Assembly (NCBI GenBank): GCA_045562555.1
Contig: JBJKVO010000001.1
Coordinates: 66,064 to 130,063 of the forward strand
DNA from: Dehalococcoidia bacterium
GTDB taxonomy: Bacteria; Chloroflexota; Dehalococcoidia; Lucifugimonadales; UBA3495
Length of the DNA stretch: 64,000 nt
Reading direction: 5' to 3'
This document shows, piece by piece, positions 18,934 through 26,379 of the stretch. The position numbers were made by a program, and so were the translations under genes. The notes under the pieces are model-generated. The model saw only the letters and a program-made list of their open reading frames with translations, searched no databases and was not told where the DNA came from. Every line of letters starts with the position of its first letter. The stretch's first letter is position 1.

Positions 18934-20601
18934 ATGGCAGAAATTATGACCGGTAAGATGGCTTTGTTAGAAATGCTTAAGGCAGAGGGAGTAACGCATA
19001 TATTTGGGAATCCAGGGACTAGTGAGGCCCCTATAATTGATATGCTGCCTGACTATCCTGAATTCACTTATATTATGGCTCTTCAGGAAAGCGTTGCGGT
19101 TGGAATGGGTGAAGCTTACGCTCGCGCAACTCAGAAACCTTCTTTGGTAAGTTTGCACGTAGATAGTGGCCTTGCAAACGGAATAGCGTTGATGTTAGAT
19201 GCCCTAAATTCAGGAACTCCAATGGTGGTCACTTCTGCTAACTACGATATCCGGAAAGTAGTTGAAGGAACCACAGATTTAGCGGAACTGGTCAAACCAG
19301 TAACAAAATGGTCAATTCAGCTCACTCATCCAGATCAAATACCAGGCGCAATCAGAAGAGCATTCAATGAGGCAAACACTCATCCGAAAGGTCCTGTTTA
19401 TATTGGGTTAACTGCTAATGCATTAGAAGATTCTGCAGAAATGAATATCATACCTTCAAGATATGTGTCCGATAAAATAAGACCTGATTTGGATAGTATA
19501 GAAGAGGCATCTGATGCATTGGTCAATGCTGATAATCCGGTTTTGATAGTGGGGGATCGTGTTTCTGATGATGGGGCAGTTGATGAGGCAGTAAAGTTAG
19601 CCGAAATGCTTGGATTGCCTGCATATCAGTTCAGAGGCGCAGAGGTTTCATTTCCAACGACTCATCAGCAATACCTAGGAGTCTTGAATTTACGAGCTTC
19701 TGCTAATAGAGAGTATTTAAGGTCCTGTGACACAGTACTTACTGTAGGAATGAATTCATTTGAAGAATTGTTTTATTGGGGTGACGTGATTTTAAGCGAA
19801 AAATCCACATTGATACATATAGATTCCTCAGCGGTCAATATAGGGAAATCTGAACCTACTCATATAGGGATTATATCCCATTGTAAAACAGGACTTCAGG
19901 AACTGAATCATAATATTTCTGACAAAATTAAGACTCTCGATTCGTCAGTTATAGAGAATAGGCTGCGCCGTACACTAGATGATAAAAAGTACAAACAAGA
20001 TTCTTTTGTTGAGAGCACCAAAAGCAAATGGAATCATAAGCCAATGTCTGTTGCTCGTATGATGCATGAATTTGTATCCGGATTACCAGAAAACGCAGTT
20101 GTAGTAGATGATTCTATTAGTAATAGAGGGATTGTAAGAGAATATTTAGAAGGTGTTGAAAGAGGTGACATCGTTGGATACAGAGGCCAATCGATTGGTG
20201 GAGGCATGGGAGTAACGATGGGTGCCCAATGTGGTTATCCAGACAGGAAAGTGTTTGGTCTGATCGGGGATGGTTCAGCTATGATGACTGTTCAAGGTCT
20301 TTGGACTGCAGTGAATGACAATATACCTTGCGTGTTTGTAATTCTCAATAATGGCATGTACAGGGTATTGAAAGTCAATTTTAATATATATCAACAGGAT
20401 ATACTGAATGTAGAGCCTGCTGGTGGGAGTTTACCTTATTCAGATTTTCCTAGCCCATTTGATATGGCAGCGATAGCGCGAAGTATGGGGATGGAATCAG
20501 AAAGAATTACGGACCCTGAAGATATAAAAGATGCGGTAATTCGTGCTTCTAAATCTGATAAACCTATGCTGTTAGATATTGTGATAGATGGTTCATTGTA
20601 A
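18934..20601 (+). CDS. thiamine-diphosphate-dependent decarboxylase/carboligase, benzoylformate-decarboxylase-like
   Basis: The length is 555 aa. The N-terminus (FGNPGTSEAPIIDMLPDYPEFTYIMALQESVAVGMGEAYARATQKPSLVSLH) is collinear with BFD (FGNPGSNELPFL...ILALQE...) rather than ALS (RHEQ). The ThDP motif is GDGSAMMTVQGLWTAVNDNIPCVFVILNNGMY. An AGGAGG RBS is present. Confidence 0.7.
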   Translation: MAEIMTGKMALLEMLKAEGVTHIFGNPGTSEAPIIDMLPDYPEFTYIMALQESVAVGMGEAYARATQKPSLVSLHVDSGLANGIALMLDALNSGTPMVVTSANYDIRKVVEGTTDLAELVKPVTKWSIQLTHPDQIPGAIRRAFNEANTHPKGPVYIGLTANALEDSAEMNIIPSRYVSDKIRPDLDSIEEASDALVNADNPVLIVGDRVSDDGAVDEAVKLAEMLGLPAYQFRGAEVSFPTTHQQYLGVLNLRASANREYLRSCDTVLTVGMNSFEELFYWGDVILSEKSTLIHIDSSAVNIGKSEPTHIGIISHCKTGLQELNHNISDKIKTLDSSVIENRLRRTLDDKKYKQDSFVESTKSKWNHKPMSVARMMHEFVSGLPENAVVVDDSISNRGIVREYLEGVERGDIVGYRGQSIGGGMGVTMGAQCGYPDRKVFGLIGDGSAMMTVQGLWTAVNDNIPCVFVILNNGMYRVLKVNFNIYQQDILNVEPAGGSLPYSDFPSPFDMAAIARSMGMESERITDPEDIKDAVIRASKSDKPMLLDIVIDGSL

Positions 20602-20609
20602 GTAGCGTT

Positions 20610-20825
20610 CTAGTTAGTAATCATATCTAGTATGTTACTGAATATCCCAGAATTTTGGCGCTTGTAAAATTCCGTGTATCCACATTCTGTACATGATACA
20701 AATGTAAATGCGCGGTTTTGCACATTTAAAATTTTCGTTAAGAAACCGCCTGTAACTCGCATGTTGCCTTCTTCATATGAAGTATTTCCACATTTATCAC
20801 AGGCGTATGAAATATTATGTTTCAT
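20610..20825 (-). CDS. small zinc-ribbon protein (two CxxC knuckles)
   Basis: The length is 71 aa. It has CDKCGN and CTECGY knuckles. Its 5' end is part of the 122-bp duplication. Confidence 0.6.
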   Translation of the reverse strand: MKHNISYACDKCGNTSYEEGNMRVTGGFLTKILNVQNRAFTFVSCTECGYTEFYKRQNSGIFSNILDMITN

Positions 20826-20960
20826 GGCAATTAACCTTTTTGCACATTTAAAATTTTCGTTAAGAAACCGCCTGTAACTCGCATGTTGCCTTCTTCATAT
20901 GAAGTATTTCCACATTTATCACAGGCGTATGAAATATTATGTTTCATGGCAATTAACCTT
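20716..20960. repeat. perfect tandem direct repeat, period 122 bp, 2.0 copies
   Basis: Bases 20716-20838 are identical to 20838-20960 by base-by-base comparison. Confidence 0.95.
20831..20947 (-). pseudogene. truncated duplicate of the Zn-ribbon gene 5' end (38 codons then TAA)
   Basis: The ATG at 20947 translates to MKHNISYACDKCGNTSYEEGNMRVTGGFLTKILNVQKG-stop. The first 36 codons are identical to gene 20610-20825. The stop at 20833-20831 lies 5 nt upstream of the intact gene's ATG. Confidence 0.6.
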
Positions 20961-21064
20961 GTGGGATTATATATACCAATTAGAATCTAAAAACTATTAT
21001 AATAATAAAGAATAGATAAATAACATAAAAAAACAACTCAAAAAAATTCATTATTTAATTTCAA

Positions 21065-22186
21065 ATGTCAGAAATATCAACATCAATTCGTAAAGACATA
21101 TCGCTCTATTGTTCTAGTTGCGGAGCTACTTTTATCCCTGATATGCGGTTGTTAGCTTGCAATATGTGTCAAGAGCCTTTATTGGTTAAATACCAAGAAA
21201 TTTCAACAAGTCCTCATATGGAGATTCCTGTTGATTCATGTGACGTACTCGTTAGTTTAGGTGAAGGAAATACTCCGGTAGTTAAAATGGATCAGTTGCG
21301 GAAGAGATTATCCTGCGGTGAGGTATTTGGGAAGCTAGAATTCATGAATCCTACAGGATCTTTTAAAGACCGAGGAACTGCAATGATGATTTCGGTAGCC
21401 AAAGGATTTAATATCGCTAGCTTGGTAGAAGATTCTTCTGGCAATGCAGGGTCATCGGTCGCCGCTTATTGCACTAAAGCAGATATCACAGCACATATTT
21501 TTGTACCTAGTTCTGCTCCCAAGCCAAAACTGGATCAGATATCCGTATATGGCGCTATCACGCACAAGATTGAAGGAACACGAGAAATGGTTACAGATGC
21601 TGCTTCAAATTTTGTTGAAGAAAAAGGATACGTGTACGGTGCTCATAAATTAAGTCCATATTTTTTAGAAGGCACCAAAACATTTGCTTATGAGATCGCA
21701 AGACATAATTCGGGGGAAATGCCAGATCATTTAATTATGCCCGTTGGCAACGGCAGTTTATATATCGGGGCCTGGTTAGGTTTCAAGGAACTTATATTTA
21801 AAGGTGTGATATCAAAAATTCCGAAGATGCATGTAGTACAAGCTGAGGCCGTTAAACCCTTGGTTAACCAGTTCGAAGGGAATGATAATAAGGATCCTGT
21901 TGGAACCACAGTCGCCGGAGGCATATCAGTTAGTAGTCCTCCTCGATCAAAGCTGATTGGAGAAATTTTAGTTGAAACCGGAGGGCACGCCGCAGCAGTA
22001 GATGACGAAGCTATTTTAGAATGGCAAAAGATTCTGGCTCAAGAGAATGGAATATATTGTGAACCGACATCTTCGTCTGCATTTGCAGGATTGGATTATT
22101 TTATTCGAAATGGAGTTATTACAAAAAAAGAAAGCGTGCTAGTAGCTGTAACTGGTTTTGGTTTGAAAGATAACCTTTACATATAG
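21065..22186 (+). CDS. thrC: threonine synthase-like PLP enzyme (TrpB fold) with N-terminal Zn ribbon
   Basis: The length is 373 aa. The Zn ribbon is CSSCG...CNMC. The PLP-lysine motif is NPTGSFKDRGTAMM. Confidence 0.6.
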   Translation: MSEISTSIRKDISLYCSSCGATFIPDMRLLACNMCQEPLLVKYQEISTSPHMEIPVDSCDVLVSLGEGNTPVVKMDQLRKRLSCGEVFGKLEFMNPTGSFKDRGTAMMISVAKGFNIASLVEDSSGNAGSSVAAYCTKADITAHIFVPSSAPKPKLDQISVYGAITHKIEGTREMVTDAASNFVEEKGYVYGAHKLSPYFLEGTKTFAYEIARHNSGEMPDHLIMPVGNGSLYIGAWLGFKELIFKGVISKIPKMHVVQAEAVKPLVNQFEGNDNKDPVGTTVAGGISVSSPPRSKLIGEILVETGGHAAAVDDEAILEWQKILAQENGIYCEPTSSSAFAGLDYFIRNGVITKKESVLVAVTGFGLKDNLYI

Positions 22187-22295
22187 GTTGTTGATGAACA
22201 AGTATATAATTGTAATGGAGTATTAGATTAGGAATAATATTTATACGATTCGTATCTATATACAAGTATAAATTAAAACGTTTGGAGGATTTTAT

Positions 22296-22592
22296 ATGTA
22301 CGGTACTATTTTCAATATTAAAGTTAAAGAAGGTCATGAACAGTCACTGCTAGATATGTTCACCCAATCAGAGCGTGTGCCAAAAGGTATGGTTGCTTGG
22401 TTCCTAATGGATCCTGATGAAGATAAAGACTGGATAGGGGTAGCAATTTTTGAGAGTAAAGAAGCTCATTTGTCGAATGCTAATGATCCTGAACAGGGAG
22501 CTCAATTCACACAGCTTATGGAACACCTGGAAGAAGAACCCAAGTGGACAGATGGAACTTTTGTGATATCTGAGATCGTACAGAAGGGATAA
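22296..22592 (+). CDS. ABM (antibiotic biosynthesis monooxygenase-like) ferredoxin-fold protein
   Basis: The length is 98 aa. The pattern IFNIKVKEGHEQ...IGVAIFESKEAHLSNANDPE resembles ABM domains. Confidence 0.45.
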   Translation: MYGTIFNIKVKEGHEQSLLDMFTQSERVPKGMVAWFLMDPDEDKDWIGVAIFESKEAHLSNANDPEQGAQFTQLMEHLEEEPKWTDGTFVISEIVQKG

Positions 22593-22595
22593 ATT

Positions 22596-23636
22596 TTATT
22601 TTATTAAACCTATTCCTGGTTCCGTTGGAGGCAATACATAGCCATCTTCTACAGTTGGTAATTTGTATTGGGCAGCGAATTCATATCTAACCCATGGTAC
22701 TTCTTGCCAAGCAGTCATAGGTGAATTAAACCCCCATTGTATAGATGCACTTAGTGCAGGTCCAATCCTCATGTTATGAGGAGATAGAGCAGTGTTGTAA
22801 AGTTCGGTAAGGCCTGTAATACGCTTAGCTGCAGTGATTCCTCCGATTTTAGTTATTTCAGGTTGTAAATAGGTGAGAGCTTTGGATTGTAGGATCTGTT
22901 CAAAATTTTTTAACGTGTATTCATTTTCTCCTGCGGCTATAGGAACATTTGCCTTGTCTCCTACTTCCTTAATGGCCGCGTGATCTCTCATAGGGCGCAC
23001 TGGTTCTTCGTACCAGGTTACATTGCCTTTGGCGAGTTCCTTTCCTACTTCAATGGCTTCTATTTTATTGAAATGCCCGTTAACATCCACCATGATGTGT
23101 AAGTCATTGCCAAATTCTCTACGGATGTTATGCACATGGACTGGGTCTAGTTCATGTAATTTCACTGCAAAAAAGCCAGCATCTATAGCTCGTTTAACTT
23201 CACTGAGTACAATTTCTGGATCTCTTAATGCTGGTAGGCTGGCATAGCCAGGGATTCGTTCATGCGCAGGCCCTCCTAGAAGCTGGCATACAGATGTGTC
23301 CAGTTCTTTACCTAGAAGGTCCCATAAGGCTATATCTATACCAGATAGTCCCATTAGGAAAATTCCTTCGTCTGCATATCTATAACCGTAATCCCATAAG
23401 TCAAACCAGTGTTTTTCTATGGTTCGGGATGATTTCCCTATTAACCTAGGAGCGAGTAAGTGTTCTATGACGCTAGCAATCGGGATAGAAGTTGAACCAG
23501 GATTATCGATGCTTGGGATGCCCCACCAAGCTTCACCTATTCCAGTATGACCAGATTCAGAAGTAATATAAACCATTACCTGGCTCATATGGTTATGGTC
23601 TGGTATTTCTACTTTGATATCAGTTATAACGCTCAT
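22596..23636 (-). CDS. mandelate racemase/muconate lactonizing enzyme family (enolase superfamily)
   Basis: The length is 346 aa. Metal-ligand contexts are MVDVNGHF, WYEEP and AAGENEY. Confidence 0.75.
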   Translation of the reverse strand: MSVITDIKVEIPDHNHMSQVMVYITSESGHTGIGEAWWGIPSIDNPGSTSIPIASVIEHLLAPRLIGKSSRTIEKHWFDLWDYGYRYADEGIFLMGLSGIDIALWDLLGKELDTSVCQLLGGPAHERIPGYASLPALRDPEIVLSEVKRAIDAGFFAVKLHELDPVHVHNIRREFGNDLHIMVDVNGHFNKIEAIEVGKELAKGNVTWYEEPVRPMRDHAAIKEVGDKANVPIAAGENEYTLKNFEQILQSKALTYLQPEITKIGGITAAKRITGLTELYNTALSPHNMRIGPALSASIQWGFNSPMTAWQEVPWVRYEFAAQYKLPTVEDGYVLPPTEPGIGLIK

Positions 23637-23655
23637 TGCTATCGTGCCTTTTAAT

Positions 23656-24405
23656 TTAGGATTGGTTATTAGACAAAAATTGACGTACTTGATTTATAGT
23701 TTCAGCCTTAATACCTTCTTCTTCTTTCCAAGGATAGACTGTTATTTGCGCTTTTGGTGCTAGATTTGCTACCTCAATTGCAGCTTCATATGAATGAGAA
23801 GGAGTATTGTCTGGCATAACTAATATAGGGGTGCTGCATGTTTCAACCACATCTCGTGACACACTGTATACAAAGTCTGCCCTAGGTTCGATTCGGTATA
23901 GATTTTCTAGATAACCGGTACATTGTTCCATAGTTAGTTCAGACCTTTGGGCTAACAGTTCAGGTGCCCATAAGTCTCTACCTGAATCATACATGGAGTC
24001 AGGAAAATCTGCGTTGTGACCAACAGGTTGGCATAATACAGCAGCTGTTATTCTTTCAGGCGCTCGTTCGATTAACTTTAGAGCGAAAGGGCCTCCTATG
24101 CAAAAACCCATGAATCCGAATTTTTCAATTCCAAGATGACTCATGAGTCCTAGTTGGTCATCGGCGAAAGCGCCCCATGGATCATCAGTAGGGATCGGCC
24201 CAGTAGACTGACCTCCGTATGCATTACGTTGATCCATAGTGATGCACCGAAAATCGTTTTTGAATTCTTCCATCACGTTAATTACCTGTGTAGGCCACTG
24301 ACCCATGTGAGAATTGAGTCCGCCTCCGGGGGTAAATAATATAGGAAATCCTGAACCTTCATCTTGGTAGTGAATTTGGACATCTCCGTTTTTATAAAAT
24401 GGCAT
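23656..24405 (-). CDS. alpha/beta-fold hydrolase with a Cys at the nucleophile elbow
   Basis: The length is 249 aa. The nucleophile elbow reads GFMGFCIGG (C102, i.e. GxCxG) instead of GxSxG. Confidence 0.6.
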   Translation of the reverse strand: MPFYKNGDVQIHYQDEGSGFPILFTPGGGLNSHMGQWPTQVINVMEEFKNDFRCITMDQRNAYGGQSTGPIPTDDPWGAFADDQLGLMSHLGIEKFGFMGFCIGGPFALKLIERAPERITAAVLCQPVGHNADFPDSMYDSGRDLWAPELLAQRSELTMEQCTGYLENLYRIEPRADFVYSVSRDVVETCSTPILVMPDNTPSHSYEAAIEVANLAPKAQITVYPWKEEEGIKAETINQVRQFLSNNQS

Positions 24406-24483
24406 TACTCCTCCTTTTCTCTGGTAAGCATATAGTTTTAGTGTATGAATATTGGTTGTTAGTCACAATTGAATGATTAATTT

Positions 24484-24570
24484 TGGTACCGAGGGAGGGA
24501 CTCGAACCCACACGCCTTTAAAGGGCAACGGATTTTAAGTCCGCCGCGTCTACCATTCCGCCACCTCGGC
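24484..24570 (-). tRNA. tRNA-Leu (anticodon UAA), CCA encoded
   Basis: The reverse complement is gccgaggtggcggaatggtagac...ggacttaaaatcc...ggttcgagtccctccctcggtacca. It shows a cloverleaf with a long variable arm, and the anticodon loop is cuUAAaa. Confidence 0.9.
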
Positions 24571-24594
24571 TTATAACAAATCGGTGGATAGGGT

Positions 24595-24671
24595 TGGAGG
24601 CGACGGGCGGATTCGAACCGCCGAATAGAGGTTTTGCAGACCTCCGCCTTAGACCACTTGGCTACGTCGCC
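24595..24671 (-). tRNA. tRNA-Cys (anticodon GCA), CCA encoded
   Basis: The reverse complement is ggcgacgtagccaagtgg...gaggt-ctGCAaa-acctc...ggcggttcgaatccgcc-cgtcgcc-t-cca. The U73 discriminator is typical of tRNA-Cys. Confidence 0.9.
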
Positions 24672-24685
24672 TGGATTGATCTTTT

Positions 24686-24772
24686 TGGTGCCGAGAGCGG
24701 GACTTGAACCCACACGGGCTTGCGCCCACGGCCCCCTCAAGACCGCGTGTCTACCGATTCCACCACCTCGGC
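24686..24772 (-). tRNA. tRNA-Leu (anticodon GAG), CCA encoded
   Basis: The reverse complement is gccgaggtggtggaatcggtagac...cggtc-ttGAGgg-ggccg, followed by a long variable arm, then gggttcaagtccc...ctcggcacca. Confidence 0.85.
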
Positions 24773-24868
24773 CAACAGGTGGCTAATTATATCATAAGGT
24801 TTCAATAATTCGTACTTAAGACTATGATGTGTAACCACACTATTAAAAAGGAGTTCTGAATACATGGT

Positions 24869-25474
24869 ATGGCAGTTCGTTATAGTTTTATTTTAATACC
24901 AGATCCTTCGTTTCTACGATTGATTCATACGTCCAGACAAATTCTATGTAACCAGTTTGGTTGTTGGACGGCTGAGATGTTTATGATTCATGTACCATTG
25001 ATAAATTTTTTCAAGTCAGAATCTATAGAAGTATCAATGAATGACAAAACAGTGCAAGGAATAGTTAATGATTGCAAAATAGATAATTGGACTTTAATCC
25101 CGAGTTGTATCACAAATCCTGCAAATACTTCACTGGATTTATACATTGATTGTTTAACGCCCAATCAGGCTAACCCATTCATTAATATCAAACGAAGATT
25201 GATGACTGAGTTAAAAATCGATAGTCTTGGAACTAGTAGTGACCGACTGCGAATTCCATTGCTAGAGAATTTTGATGGCAACCCGACGGTATGGGAAGAA
25301 GCTATAACTATGGCGAAGGATTTATTTGACAACTTTGGTCTAAATACTCCTTTTGACGTTCGGTCTTTAAACTTGGTTAAATATGAGTCAAAATCTGCTA
25401 GTGATCAATGGGAACGAGAAAAATGGTGTAGTGATATCAGCTGGGATATACTGGAATCGTTCAAATTGGGATAA
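24869..25474 (+). CDS. hypothetical protein
   Basis: This is a 201-aa ORF with codon usage like its neighbours. I could not recognise any confident motif. Confidence 0.4.
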   Translation: MAVRYSFILIPDPSFLRLIHTSRQILCNQFGCWTAEMFMIHVPLINFFKSESIEVSMNDKTVQGIVNDCKIDNWTLIPSCITNPANTSLDLYIDCLTPNQANPFINIKRRLMTELKIDSLGTSSDRLRIPLLENFDGNPTVWEEAITMAKDLFDNFGLNTPFDVRSLNLVKYESKSASDQWEREKWCSDISWDILESFKLG

Positions 25475-25487
25475 AGAGGTGAAATGC

Positions 25488-26342
25488 ATGAAAACTACTA
25501 CTAAGCTTAGGAATTTACTTAAAGAAGATAAACTGATTGTAGCTCCATTTATATTGAACGCACTCCATGCAAAGATTGCAGAGGAAGTTGGGTTTGAAGC
25601 TGTGTATATGACGGGATGCGGCACTGCTGCCGAACGAGGTTTTTCTGACGTGGGCCTACTTACTATGACAGAAATGGTCGCAAACGCAAAATATATAGCT
25701 CAGGCTGTAGATATTCCTGTTATTTGTGATGCTGATACAGGATATGGTAATCCAATTAATGTTAGAAGAACTGTTAGAGAATATGAAATGGCTGGGGTTG
25801 CTGGCATACATTTGGAAGATCAGGTGTTTCCTAAGAAATGCGGGTTTTTTGAAGGTAAACAAGTAATACCTATGGAAGAGCATGTTCAAAAAATTAAAGC
25901 AGCTCTAGATGCACGTACCGATCCAGATTTTGTAATCATAGCAAGGTGTGATGCCTATGCAGTAACTGGATGGGAAGATACGGTGAAGCGTTGTAAAGCA
26001 TACATAGAAGCTGGTGCTGATTTAGTGTTTGTTGATGGTATTAAGTCTAAAGAGGACATAGATAAATACGCTACTGATTTGAAAGATATGCCAAGGTTAT
26101 ATAACGGTGATCTTGCTTCTACTCAAGAAATGAATGAACTTGGATACAAAATCATGATTTGTGGAAGCACAATTTGGTTGATATATAAGCAGGTAAAAGA
26201 TGCTTTTGAGGAATTGAAATCAACCGGTAGAGTTGACCCTGAACGATATGGTACCAGATGGGATGTCGCTGGCCTCATGGGGTTGGACGAGATATATGAA
26301 TTGGAAAGTAAATTTGGAAGCGTGGAAGTGACTGCCGACTAA
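25488..26342 (+). CDS. isocitrate lyase/PEP mutase superfamily enzyme (methylisocitrate-lyase / oxaloacetate-decarboxylase-like)
   Basis: I chose the start at 25488 (MKTTTKLRNLL) with AAAGAGGTG upstream; the ORF-track start 25383 overlaps the previous gene. Motifs are DADTGYGNP and GIHLEDQVFPKKCGFFEGKQV. Confidence 0.7.
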   Translation: MKTTTKLRNLLKEDKLIVAPFILNALHAKIAEEVGFEAVYMTGCGTAAERGFSDVGLLTMTEMVANAKYIAQAVDIPVICDADTGYGNPINVRRTVREYEMAGVAGIHLEDQVFPKKCGFFEGKQVIPMEEHVQKIKAALDARTDPDFVIIARCDAYAVTGWEDTVKRCKAYIEAGADLVFVDGIKSKEDIDKYATDLKDMPRLYNGDLASTQEMNELGYKIMICGSTIWLIYKQVKDAFEELKSTGRVDPERYGTRWDVAGLMGLDEIYELESKFGSVEVTAD

Positions 26343-26348
26343 GTTTTG

Positions 26349-26376
26349 TATTCAGAGGACATATGTCCTCTGAATA
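26349..26376. terminator. bidirectional palindromic hairpin terminator
   Basis: A perfect palindrome attcagaggacat/atgtcctctgaat (26350-26375) is flanked by T-rich sequence and lies between convergent stops at 26342 and 26380. Confidence 0.75.
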
Positions 26377-26379
26377 TTT

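Noticed and set aside
20674-20877. 67-aa plus-strand ORF spanning the 122-bp duplication
   Set aside because: It is antisense to the Zn-ribbon gene and its duplicate. It has no motif or RBS, and the minus-strand reading (a CxxC zinc ribbon) explains the sequence.
24477-24740. 87-aa minus-strand ORF from the ORF track
   Set aside because: It lies entirely over the three tRNA genes (Leu-UAA, Cys-GCA, Leu-GAG). Its GC-rich, Arg/Gly/Pro-rich translation is a by-product of tRNA sequence.
24406-24868. tRNA cluster as an integration site for a genomic island or prophage
   Set aside because: There is no integrase, no direct repeat of a tRNA 3' end and no compositional break visible by eye. The flanking genes are ordinary metabolic genes.
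24869-25474. 2H-phosphoesterase (LigT-like) assignment for the hypothetical protein next to the tRNA cluster
   Set aside because: The two expected HxT/SxL motifs are not present (the sequence has HVPL and RIPL instead). The resemblance is too weak to support a call, so the gene is left as hypothetical.
25383-25487. N-terminal extension of the ICL/PEPM gene that overlaps the preceding ORF by about 90 nt
   Set aside because: Homology begins at MKTTTKLRNLL (25488), which has a good RBS. The extension has no family similarity. Similar over-extended starts were trimmed at 36812-37123 (ferredoxin), 43010-43342 (FmdB), 56602-57858 (CoA-transferase), 57889 (Mo-hydroxylase) and 15937 (amidohydrolase).
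25488-26342. Possible PEP mutase marking a phosphonate biosynthetic cluster
   Set aside because: The PepM-specific EDKxxxxxNS motif is absent and the loop is of the lyase type (KKCG..GK). No phosphonopyruvate decarboxylase pairing is evident, and the ThDP enzyme in the window is 5 kb away and BFD-like.
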